NCBI RefSeq assembly: GCF_000011325.1
Contig: NC_003450.3
Coordinates: 1,110,001-1,142,000, forward strand
Reading direction: 5' to 3'
DNA: 32,000 nucleotides
DNA from: Corynebacterium glutamicum ATCC 13032
GTDB lineage: Bacteria > Actinomycetota > Actinomycetes > Mycobacteriales > Mycobacteriaceae
Shown: piece by piece, positions 25,059 through 32,000 of the stretch
Layout: every line of letters begins with the position of its first letter
How positions within the stretch are numbered: position 1 is the first letter of the stretch
The notes under the pieces: model-generated
Seen by the model: only the letters and a program-made list of their open reading frames with translations
Database searches by the model: none
What the model was told of the DNA's origin: nothing
Program-made: the position numbers and the translations under genes

Positions 25059-26833
25059 TTTACTTCGCTCACGGTAATTTCTGATGAAGCTTCGGTGGTC
25101 TCCACCGGAGCTTCAGTTGTTTCCGGTTCAGTTTCGGGGGTGGTCGACGGAGCTAAGAGAGGTGAAGTTTGTTCAGAGGTCTCTGAGGGTTCGTCGGTTG
25201 CTACAGGTTCGCTTGGCTCGGTGGGCTCGGTTGGTGCTGTAGGGTCGGTGGATTCTGGATCTTCCGGCCCGATAATCCACGTTGGGGGAAGAGCAATGAT
25301 CGGCGAGTTAGTAGTGGGAGCTGGTCTTCCCGTTGAGGTTTTACTGTCGTCACCATCGTCAATTGCGTGGCGACTTTGCGACGTTTGAGCTGGAGTTGTA
25401 ATCGATTCAGATGCAGGCTGCACTATCGACGGTCCAAGAGCTGTCACTGCGCTTTCTGAAGCGGAATTTTCTCGTGTGAGTGGCAGAATGGATCGATCTA
25501 GCCATGAGCGGAACGTCGAAACCGGTGACTGCCCAGAGGCGATCGGTGGTGAGGCGAACATTTCAGAGTTTTGCAGCATTGATGAGCTCGGGGAATTCGG
25601 CGAACTTGGTGAATTCAGTGCGCCTAGTGAGTCCAGTGAGGTAGGTGAACTTGGCCGCCTGTTAGCTAACGTTGTTACCTGTACGTCGGGTTGAGCATGG
25701 TTTTCCAGGCTGCCCTGAGGAATCAATGTATCAGCAACCAGGAATATGATAATCGGAAGTGTCGCGAGTAATCCGACTGACGAGGCCAAGTTCCAACGCT
25801 GAGTATTAGTTGACTGAATTCTCTTGAAAAGAATTACTAATGCCAGCACAAAAAGCATCAAGCTAATGACTGCGAGCAGCATCGCACTATGATCACTCAA
25901 CTTGTCAAAGGGAATAACGGCGAAAAGACTAAACATCCCCACGCCACAAGCAACATGAGGGCTGTACTTAACTGCGGTGTCCGACAAAGACAGTGCCTTT
26001 TTGGACAGCGTTTGTGGTCGCAGAATCTCGTCTGAAAGGAGCGCTGTCGCCTTCACATAATTTTGGGAATCTGCCTCTTTAGGTATCAACCGAGGGATTT
26101 TTAAAACCTCAAGGCGATGCTGCTTCTTCGACCACAACTCCAGTGGGAGAACGTCAATCTCGAAGGATGTTTCACCGTTCTCCCGGACTACGTGGCCGAG
26201 CACCGTGGGGGTGAGACCATTTGCATTTGAGAATTTCACAGCAGAGCTTAGTGCTGAGGCGTCATCAAAGTTTAAGATGCCACATTCTATTCCGTTATAG
26301 GAGACAATTAGGGCTTCTAAATCAAGCCTCAGCCCAAAAAGAATCGTGGAGCCAAGTGAGAAATCCTCAAACAGAGCATGAACGGTGGGCTCAACGCGCC
26401 ACATTCTGCCTAGCGGTAAGAGGTGGGAATCAGCTCGTGGAGGATCATTGCTGATGAGCCCGAATTTTAGGTTTGGAAGAAGAACTGAAGCGAGAGATCC
26501 TTTACTCGGTGTGAGAAGTAGTTGGCTGGAAATCAGGTGGCCAGAGGCAAAAATTCGAGACAATTGAGAATTCAACAGGAACTGGGACTCTGCAATCACC
26601 CCGAGAAATTCATCTTGAACCCAAACACCGATTTTTGTTGCGGATTCTATTGGTGCGAGAAGCGCTTCGACGATGAGTTCGCCTTGCTCAGGTTTCACAA
26701 TAGCGCGTAAGACATGCCAATTGACGCGCTCGAGAGCGAAATGTTGGGCAGTCTGTGCAGAGAAGAAGAGGTGAAGGGGATAGATGTCACCGTCGAAATC
26801 AAGCTGAGGAGTGCCTGTTGAATGGGTATACAT
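25055..26833 (-). CDS. orphan membrane protein: about 290-aa N-terminal soluble region, 3 TM helices, about 220-aa S/P/T/E-rich C-terminal tail
   Basis: 592-aa ORF. TM candidates are [36 protein letters not shown] and [23 protein letters not shown]. The tail ends in [27 protein letters not shown]...[18 protein letters not shown]. No family recognised. Confidence 0.7.
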   Translation of the reverse strand: MYTHSTGTPQLDFDGDIYPLHLFFSAQTAQHFALERVNWHVLRAIVKPEQGELIVEALLAPIESATKIGVWVQDEFLGVIAESQFLLNSQLSRIFASGHLISSQLLLTPSKGSLASVLLPNLKFGLISNDPPRADSHLLPLGRMWRVEPTVHALFEDFSLGSTILFGLRLDLEALIVSYNGIECGILNFDDASALSSAVKFSNANGLTPTVLGHVVRENGETSFEIDVLPLELWSKKQHRLEVLKIPRLIPKEADSQNYVKATALLSDEILRPQTLSKKALSLSDTAVKYSPHVACGVGMFSLFAVIPFDKLSDHSAMLLAVISLMLFVLALVILFKRIQSTNTQRWNLASSVGLLATLPIIIFLVADTLIPQGSLENHAQPDVQVTTLANRRPSSPTSLDSLGALNSPSSPNSPSSSMLQNSEMFASPPIASGQSPVSTFRSWLDRSILPLTRENSASESAVTALGPSIVQPASESITTPAQTSQSRHAIDDGDDSKTSTGRPAPTTNSPIIALPPTWIIGPEDPESTDPTAPTEPTEPSEPVATDEPSETSEQTSPLLAPSTTPETEPETTEAPVETTEASSEITVSEVN

Positions 26834-26904
26834 TGGGCACTCCTTTCCTTAAATTTCGTGCAAACTTGTGAATTGATTGAGACAGTAAAAAGTCATATTA
26901 ACTG

Positions 26905-26924
26905 TACAGCGAAATTACAGCGAA
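26905..26924. repeat. direct repeat TACAGCGAA-AT-TACAGCGAA (11-bp period) upstream of the orphan gene
   Basis: Copies at 26905-26913 and 26916-26924, 72-91 nt upstream of the start codon at 26833 (minus strand). Confidence 0.8.
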
Positions 26925-26934
26925 CAACTCTCCA

Positions 26935-27891
26935 CTAATGAGACGAGTTTTGCGCACGCTGTGGAATGAACTTCTTGATCACACTGACCACAACGGTGAT
27001 AATCGCGCCCCAAATGAGGCCGAACACAAGTGACCCGAAAGTATTGCCAACCCATCCCAGAGCACTGCCTCCGATACCGTTAGCCCAGGACTCTAGTCCG
27101 TGAACAAGGTGGTAGGGAAGTTCCCATCCTAACTCTTCAGTTCCAACGACCATGATGTGGCCACCAACCCACAGCATGGCAAAAACGCCGACAACAGAAA
27201 TAACTTGAAGAACGATGGGCATCGCTTTGACCAAGCCGCGGCCAAATTTCTGGATACCTGCGGAGTCACGCTTTGAAAGTGTAAGTCCGACGTCATCCAT
27301 TTTCACAAGAACACCGACTACGCCGTACACGAGCGCGGTGATGCCAATACCTACGACGAAAAGAACCGCAGCCTGCATCCAGATAGTTTGATCTGCAATC
27401 TGATTGAGTGAAATAACCATGATCTCTGCGGAAAGGATGAGGTCAGTTGTGATGGCACTTTTGACCAGCTGATCCTCTGACTTTGGGCTTTCCTGCGACT
27501 TGGGTTCGGTGCTGTGCTGTTCACCTTTGATGCGCCTGTGGAGGGAGTGCCAGATCTTTTCTGCACCTTCGAAGCACAGGTAGGAGCCGCCCAGCATCAA
27601 AATTGGTGTGAGAGCCCACGGAGCAAACGCGGAAAGAAGCAACGCGATGGGCAAAATGATGATGATCTTGTTTACCAAAGAGCCCTTAGCGATCCGCCAA
27701 ATCATGGGCAGTTCGCGTGCAGGTTTGACACCTTGAACATATTGCGGGGTAACTGCCGTGTCATCTACAACCACGCCTGCGGCTTTAACGCTGGTTTTTC
27801 CAGCCATCGCCGTGACATCATCGAGGCTGGCTGCAGCCGCTCGAGTAATTGCTGCGACATCGTCTAATAGTGCTGCCAATCCACCGGCCAT
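26935..27891 (-). CDS. DUF808 (YedI-like) membrane protein
   Basis: 318 aa. The N-terminal amphipathic LAALLDDVAAITRAAAASLDDV followed by several TM segments is the pattern I associate with DUF808. Confidence 0.75.
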   Translation of the reverse strand: MAGGLAALLDDVAAITRAAAASLDDVTAMAGKTSVKAAGVVVDDTAVTPQYVQGVKPARELPMIWRIAKGSLVNKIIIILPIALLLSAFAPWALTPILMLGGSYLCFEGAEKIWHSLHRRIKGEQHSTEPKSQESPKSEDQLVKSAITTDLILSAEIMVISLNQIADQTIWMQAAVLFVVGIGITALVYGVVGVLVKMDDVGLTLSKRDSAGIQKFGRGLVKAMPIVLQVISVVGVFAMLWVGGHIMVVGTEELGWELPYHLVHGLESWANGIGGSALGWVGNTFGSLVFGLIWGAIITVVVSVIKKFIPQRAQNSSH

Positions 27892-27959
27892 TGATGACTC
27901 CTTTGTAGAGAAGGGGTAGTGCTTACAAATCTTATCTGTGCTCAGGCAAGATAGCAGGT

Positions 27960-28862
27960 ATGAAAATTGCGATCGTTGGCGCTGGTGCAGTTGGTGGATA
28001 TTTCGGAGCGTTGTTACAAGAATCTGGTGCAGATATCACGATGGTTGCACGTGGACGAACATTAGAAGCCTTGAAGTCTAAAGGACTCCACATCAACGAT
28101 GCAAGAGGCGAACGCTACGTACCAATTCCTGCAGTTGCGAGCGTGCAAGAACTAAAAGATGCAGATGTAGTGATGATTGCTACTAAAGCATTATCGCGGT
28201 CTTTAGATCTCGCTGAACTTTTGGGTGGGATACCTGCGAATTCGGTGGTCGCGATTACTCAGAATTCGATTGAATCTGCTGATCTAGCAGCGAAGAGTAT
28301 CGGTGCTGATCGTGTGTGGCCTGGTGTGGTTCGTGGGTTCTTTGTTCATGAGGGGCCAGCCTCAGTGTCATACAAGGGAGGCCCACTGTCCTACACGTTT
28401 GGTGATTCTGGTGAACTTTCTAGGCAATTCGCAAGCACTCTTGAACAGGCCGGTATTGACGGAGTTCTGCATCCCGATATTTTGGTGGATGTGTGGGAGA
28501 AAGCCATGTTCGTAGAGGTTTTCGGCGGGTTGGGGGCTTTCGTCGAAAAGCAATTAGGTACCTTGCGTACGCATTTTAGGGCTTCCCTGGAAGCCTTGAT
28601 GGAAGAGGTGGCTGAGGTGGCTCGCGCGGCAGGTGTTGCGTTGCCGAGCGATGCGGTGGAGCGCACCATGAATTTTGCGGATCGGATGCCTGAGAATTCG
28701 ACGAGTTCGATGCAGCGTGATTTGGCCGCGGGAGTGGCTAGTGAGCTTGAGGCTCAGACAGGTGCAATTGTGCGGGCAGCGCACAAAGTGGGTGTGAAAA
28801 CTCCGCTTCATGACCTTATTTATGCTGGTCTTAAGCTGAAAGAAGAGGAAAATTCACTTTAG
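27960..28862 (+). CDS. ketopantoate reductase (ApbA/PanE) family oxidoreductase
   Basis: 300 aa. N-terminal Rossmann MKIAIVGAGAVGGYFG and family-typical length. The substrate cannot be assigned. Confidence 0.8.
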   Translation: MKIAIVGAGAVGGYFGALLQESGADITMVARGRTLEALKSKGLHINDARGERYVPIPAVASVQELKDADVVMIATKALSRSLDLAELLGGIPANSVVAITQNSIESADLAAKSIGADRVWPGVVRGFFVHEGPASVSYKGGPLSYTFGDSGELSRQFASTLEQAGIDGVLHPDILVDVWEKAMFVEVFGGLGAFVEKQLGTLRTHFRASLEALMEEVAEVARAAGVALPSDAVERTMNFADRMPENSTSSMQRDLAAGVASELEAQTGAIVRAAHKVGVKTPLHDLIYAGLKLKEEENSL

Positions 28863-28865
28863 GGA

Positions 28866-28871
28866 TAGAAT
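28866..28871 (+). promoter_or_regulatory. candidate -10 hexamer TAGAAT for a leaderless transcript of the DUF2218 gene
   Basis: TAGAAT-N8-ATG (28880), with no SD in the 17-nt gap after the upstream stop. Confidence 0.3.
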
Positions 28872-28879
28872 CAAGATCC

Positions 28880-29248
28880 ATGATCGTTACATCCACCGCG
28901 CGCGTTTCTATAGATCGTCCCTCGCGCTATGCCAAACAGTTAACTAGCCATTTGGGTGAAAAACTGAGCACAAGCTGGGACCCGGAGGCAGAACGGGGGT
29001 CTGTTGTCTTGGTGGGAAAGGGCCCAGACCACGAAGACCAGCGGTTTGCTTTTGATGGATCTGCTACCTGTGATCTGGTTGCCGGCGACGGCGTGCTGTT
29101 GCTCCACATTGAATCGCCCGCCAGCCTGGTTGAGCGTTTTGAAAATGTCATCGGCGGCCATCTGGTCGGCTTCGCTCGGCGCGACGAGATGAAGATTGCT
29201 TTTCGACGTGGTGATGGATCAGAAGGGCTGTCTTTTGAGTCCGTCTAA
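28880..29248 (+). CDS. DUF2218-family protein
   Basis: 122 aa. The N-terminal STARVSIDRPSRYAKQLTSHLG resembles DUF2218 proteins (from memory). Confidence 0.65.
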   Translation: MIVTSTARVSIDRPSRYAKQLTSHLGEKLSTSWDPEAERGSVVLVGKGPDHEDQRFAFDGSATCDLVAGDGVLLLHIESPASLVERFENVIGGHLVGFARRDEMKIAFRRGDGSEGLSFESV

Positions 29249-29620
29249 CATAATCCGCATCGCAGCTGTTCTAATCCCCAATGATCAGGATCAGATTCTC
29301 TGCGTCCGCAAAGAGGGAACTGAATTGTTCATGTTTCCCGGAGGCAAGCAGGAGTTGTGGGAGACTCCTGCACAGGCAGCCGCGAACTCGAGGAAGAAGA
29401 CCTCGATCTTTATGGGCGTTTTCAGGCACCGGCAGCAAACGAACCTGGCTTCTATGTGGACTGCCATGTGTTTAGCACATTTGATGTGTTCTTGAACTAC
29501 ACACCGGATGTGTACGAAGAACTCGCTGAGGCGAAGTACTTCTCGCCTAAACCACGATCGAAGAAGCTCGCGCCACTAACTCGTGACGTATTTGAGGCTA
29601 TCTCAAGTGAAGTGCGTTAA
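29214..29620 (+). pseudogene. Nudix (MutT-like) hydrolase gene interrupted by a frameshift inside the Nudix box
   Basis: The frame of ORF 29196-29495 gives ...FMFPGGKQELWETPAQAAA then nonsense. The frame of ORF 29357-29620 continues RELEEEDLDL.... The junction is at about 29379-29384 (GCCGCGAAC). Together they rebuild GX5EX7REUXEE. Confidence 0.7.
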
Positions 29621-29631
29621 GCACTATCGTT

Positions 29632-30021
29632 TTAGGCAACGAAAAATAGCAGTGGCACAGCAGTACAGACCATGAGGCCCCCGATCAAAATGAGGAAGAA
29701 CCTCAAGGTGACGTCCTTGCGTGCAGTGAGGCGCCGAACCTGAGTGGAATCGTCTCTGTTCACCAGCAAGGGAATCACGGCGCCTTTGGTGGTGATGGGT
29801 CGGGGAGTGGACTTCGGTAGAACTCCGAACACCTCGTGGTGGTCAAGCTCGAAGCGGTACTGCGTCAGATAGCGTTCGTCTTCGAGCTCAACAAATCCAG
29901 TTACTTCTGCCTCGACTTCGACCGCATTAGATTGAAAATGCCGATCTTTTCCGATGAAGTGAATTCCTATACCGATGCAGACTACTCCCAGGATAAGGAC
30001 TATCAGCAGGGAGATCAGCAT
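29632..30021 (-). CDS. small two-TM membrane protein (DUF3592-like)
   Basis: 129 aa. An N-terminal TM, a beta-rich middle region (VEAEVTGFVELEDERYLTQYRFEL) and a C-terminal TM. It lies 3 nt downstream of the protease gene. Confidence 0.65.
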   Translation of the reverse strand: MLISLLIVLILGVVCIGIGIHFIGKDRHFQSNAVEVEAEVTGFVELEDERYLTQYRFELDHHEVFGVLPKSTPRPITTKGAVIPLLVNRDDSTQVRRLTARKDVTLRFFLILIGGLMVCTAVPLLFFVA

Positions 30022-30024
30022 ATT

Positions 30025-30861
30025 CTAGGAGCTGCCCAGCGCCCAACCACCGATGGATGAACCGGTGAAAGGCTGTGGAGCAGGGATGAAGGTGGGGTTG
30101 GCGGTGGCGTCAACAAGTTCTGCGGGCGCACCAGCAATGGGGGCAATGTGCTTGCCGGTGTAGTAGGCGATCCACTCGGCGTGTTCAGCAACGGGGATGT
30201 ACCAGCCGACGGTGCCGTCTAGTGCATCGTTTTCTACGTCAGTGGACATGCTGAGCACACCAGCCAGTTGACCATTGATGTACAAAGGTCCGCCGGAATC
30301 GCCTGGTACGAGACGACCGTTAGAAACAGTGCCTTCAAGCAGCACAGCGGTGCGGTCGGGGCTTGGCACATTGACTACCCTGCGTTGAATTTGCACATCG
30401 GCTTGCTGTGCAACATTTTGGCCAAAGGCAGAGTACCCACCCCAGCCGGCTGCTTGACCATTTTCACCAGGCTGCACGTGTGCACCGTAGAGATCAACCG
30501 TGTTGGAACTTGCCTGATTGGGAAGCTCAACGAGAGCTAAGTCCGCAGTAGGGTGCAAGATCGCTTGGGACACCTGCTGAAATTGGCTCAAAGTGCTTGA
30601 ACCAATAGCTGCACCGGCAATACCGCCCTCAGGGATACAGTGGCGGGCGGTGATCGCCCACGTTGGGGTGATCATGGTTCCTGTACATGCAGTGTTACCG
30701 ATGTGCAGACGAACAATTGAATCTGAAGTGGTGCTTGAACCCGTAACGTTGCGAGCATTTGCCAAAGCATGTGCAGGTGACGCCGCCACTAAGGGGGCAG
30801 ACGCAGCCGTTAAAGCTGCGAGTACGGACAGTGCTTTGGTGGTAAATGACGCAGAAGACAT
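30025..30861 (-). CDS. secreted trypsin-like (S1 family) serine protease
   Basis: Signal peptide ending ASPAHA. Catalytic His in WAITARHC, Asp in DLALV and Ser in GDSGGPL. Confidence 0.9.
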   Translation of the reverse strand: MSSASFTTKALSVLAALTAASAPLVAASPAHALANARNVTGSSTTSDSIVRLHIGNTACTGTMITPTWAITARHCIPEGGIAGAAIGSSTLSQFQQVSQAILHPTADLALVELPNQASSNTVDLYGAHVQPGENGQAAGWGGYSAFGQNVAQQADVQIQRRVVNVPSPDRTAVLLEGTVSNGRLVPGDSGGPLYINGQLAGVLSMSTDVENDALDGTVGWYIPVAEHAEWIAYYTGKHIAPIAGAPAELVDATANPTFIPAPQPFTGSSIGGWALGSS

Positions 30862-30868
30862 AAAGAAC

Positions 30869-30874
30869 AGTCTA
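30869..30874 (-). promoter_or_regulatory. candidate -10 hexamer TAGACT for a leaderless protease transcript
   Basis: The minus strand reads TAGACT-GTTCTTT-ATG. There is no SD in the 36-nt gap to the upstream arsC stop. Confidence 0.3.
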
Positions 30875-30897
30875 GATGGTTGCTCTACAAAATGTTG

Positions 30898-31245
30898 TCA
30901 CAAGATGCTGTCAATGACGTCGATTTTGGGGCGCGCAATGCGCGCGCCTTTGGCCGTCACCACGATCGGACGCTGAAGGAGCCTGGGATGGGCAACGATG
31001 GCGTCGATAAGCTCAGTTTCAGGTGTTTCTGGTGACAGGCCCAGTTCTGTGTACTCAGCTTCGCGGGTTCTGATGCCGTCGTGGACTGGAATTCCCAGCG
31101 TATTGAATAGTTCTTTGAGCTCGGAAGCGGTGGGCGTGTCTTTGAGATACTGAACAATTTCAGGCTCAATGTCCTTGTCGCGGAGGTAAGCGAGGGTATT
31201 TCTGGATGTGGAACAACGCGGATTATGGAAAATCGTGACTTTCAT
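30898..31245 (-). CDS. arsC: glutaredoxin-type arsenate reductase (ArsC/Spx family)
   Basis: MKVTIFHNPRCSTSRNTL carries the R773-ArsC catalytic Cys context. ATG 31245 is preferred over the upstream ORF-track start at 31284. Confidence 0.85.
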   Translation of the reverse strand: MKVTIFHNPRCSTSRNTLAYLRDKDIEPEIVQYLKDTPTASELKELFNTLGIPVHDGIRTREAEYTELGLSPETPETELIDAIVAHPRLLQRPIVVTAKGARIARPKIDVIDSIL

Positions 31246-31272
31246 AACGTTGAGCCTACTAAGGTTTGTTCC

Positions 31273-32000
31273 ATGATTATTCAAATCCTAAGAGTGGCAT
31301 TTGCCTTCGTCGGCATCATTGTTGGCGCCGGTTTCGCATCAGGGCAAGAGGTCATGCAATATTTTGTGGCCTTCGGCATAGACGGAATTTGGGGAGTCAT
31401 TGTTTCTGCAGTGATCATGTCGGTGATGGCGTTGATCATTTTGCAGCTCGGAAGCTATTTCAATGCAGGTGAACACGGTGAAGTGTTCCGCCGAGTAAGT
31501 CACCCCGTTTTCTCCAAAATTTTGGACATCGGCGTTGTGGTGACGTTGTTCTCCACCGGTTTCGTCATGTTTGCAGGCGCGGGATCAAATCTGAATCAGC
31601 AGTGGGGGCTTCCGCTCTGGATCGGTTCTGTGATCATGGTTCTTCTGGTGCTGGCTGCGGGCATGTTGGACGTGGATAAAGTAACCACAGTCATTGGTGC
31701 AATTACTCCGTTCATCATCATTTTCATCACTGCCGCCTCGATCTACACGCTGGTAGGTAATTTCAGCTCAGTGGAGCAGCTTGATTCTGCTGCTTTAGAA
31801 GTCGGCACGACGTTGCCTCACTGGGCTGTTGCAGCGGTGAACTATGTGGGATTCAACCTGATGGTTGCGGTGTCCATGGCTGTGGTCATTGGTGGATCAA
31901 TGTTTAACCCGCGGGTCGCAGGTCGGGGCGGTTTGCTGGGCGGATTGATCCTGGGATTCTTGATCATCATCAGTGCGCTAACACTGTTCGCCACCGTGGA
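31273..32000 (+). CDS. YkvI-family polytopic membrane protein (putative transporter); 3' end cut by window edge
   Basis: Hand translation from ATG 31273 is open to the window end: MIIQILRVAFAFVGIIVGAGFASGQEVMQYF.... The VGAGFASGQE motif and continuous TM segments support the call. It is missing from the ORF track because no stop is reached; the listed ORF 31266-31472 is in a different frame. Confidence 0.8.
   Translation, partial: MIIQILRVAFAFVGIIVGAGFASGQEVMQYFVAFGIDGIWGVIVSAVIMSVMALIILQLGSYFNAGEHGEVFRRVSHPVFSKILDIGVVVTLFSTGFVMFAGAGSNLNQQWGLPLWIGSVIMVLLVLAAGMLDVDKVTTVIGAITPFIIIFITAASIYTLVGNFSSVEQLDSAALEVGTTLPHWAVAAVNYVGFNLMVAVSMAVVIGGSMFNPRVAGRGGLLGGLILGFLIIISALTLFATV

Noticed and set aside
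25095-25300. Periodic GGCTCGGT/GGGTCGGT-type repeats resembling a tandem-repeat or CRISPR-like array
   Set aside because: The units are short, imperfect and in frame. They simply encode the [10 protein letters not shown] low-complexity tail of the 592-aa protein, with no spacer/repeat organisation.
29370-29395. Programmed ribosomal frameshift in the Nudix gene
   Set aside because: There is no slippery heptamer (X XXY YYZ) or downstream structure at the junction. The break falls inside the catalytic motif at a short CG-repeat, which fits a mutational indel better.
31266-31472. 68-aa ORF listed at the right end
   Set aside because: It is out of frame with the much longer open frame from ATG 31273, which encodes a coherent polytopic YkvI-like protein. 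The 68-aa product is Arg/His/Cys-rich nonsense.
1-32000. Search for tRNA, rRNA, CRISPR repeats, prophage or defence-system gene sets
   Set aside because: No cloverleaf-type or T-loop sequences were seen in the intergenic gaps. There are no regularly spaced repeats. I recognised no integrase, nuclease, helicase or methylase clusters.

Overview
The window looks like chromosomal DNA from a Corynebacterium glutamicum-type actinobacterium. I base this on recognising the 1453-bp ISCg1/IS31831 element and the gene order ndnR-nadA-nadC-nadS, pobA-pcaK, TPP-riboswitch-ykoEDC, chaA, uvrA-like, tpx. That recognition is from memory; no search was run. About 35 protein genes are densely packed on both strands. 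There is one complete ISL3-family IS element with an intact 8-bp target duplication, one TPP riboswitch, one bidirectional terminator, one frameshifted Nudix gene and several small repeats or operators. I saw no rRNA, tRNA, CRISPR array, prophage or recognisable defence island.

Content is mostly housekeeping or metabolic:
- NAD de novo synthesis
- lipoate ligase
- 4-hydroxybenzoate uptake and hydroxylation
- thiamine-precursor ECF uptake
- Ca2+/H+ antiport
- thiol peroxidase

Items most worth a second look:
1. The TPP-riboswitch-controlled ykoEDC operon carries a translationally coupled fourth gene for an uncharacterised nucleoside-kinase-like P-loop protein.
2. A stand-alone class-II UvrA paralogue lacks the UvrB-binding domain.
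3. A compositionally atypical (low-GC) 592-aa orphan membrane protein has an internally duplicated N-terminal region and a long S/P/T/E-rich tail.
4. Twin palindromic operators lie in the MarR/MFS divergent region and in the ndnR/DMT-transporter divergent region.
5. A Nudix hydrolase gene has its Nudix box split across two frames.
6. An unannotated 30-codon hydrophobic ORF follows phnA.

I did not find a convincing new multi-gene system. The candidates above are modest and are graded accordingly.
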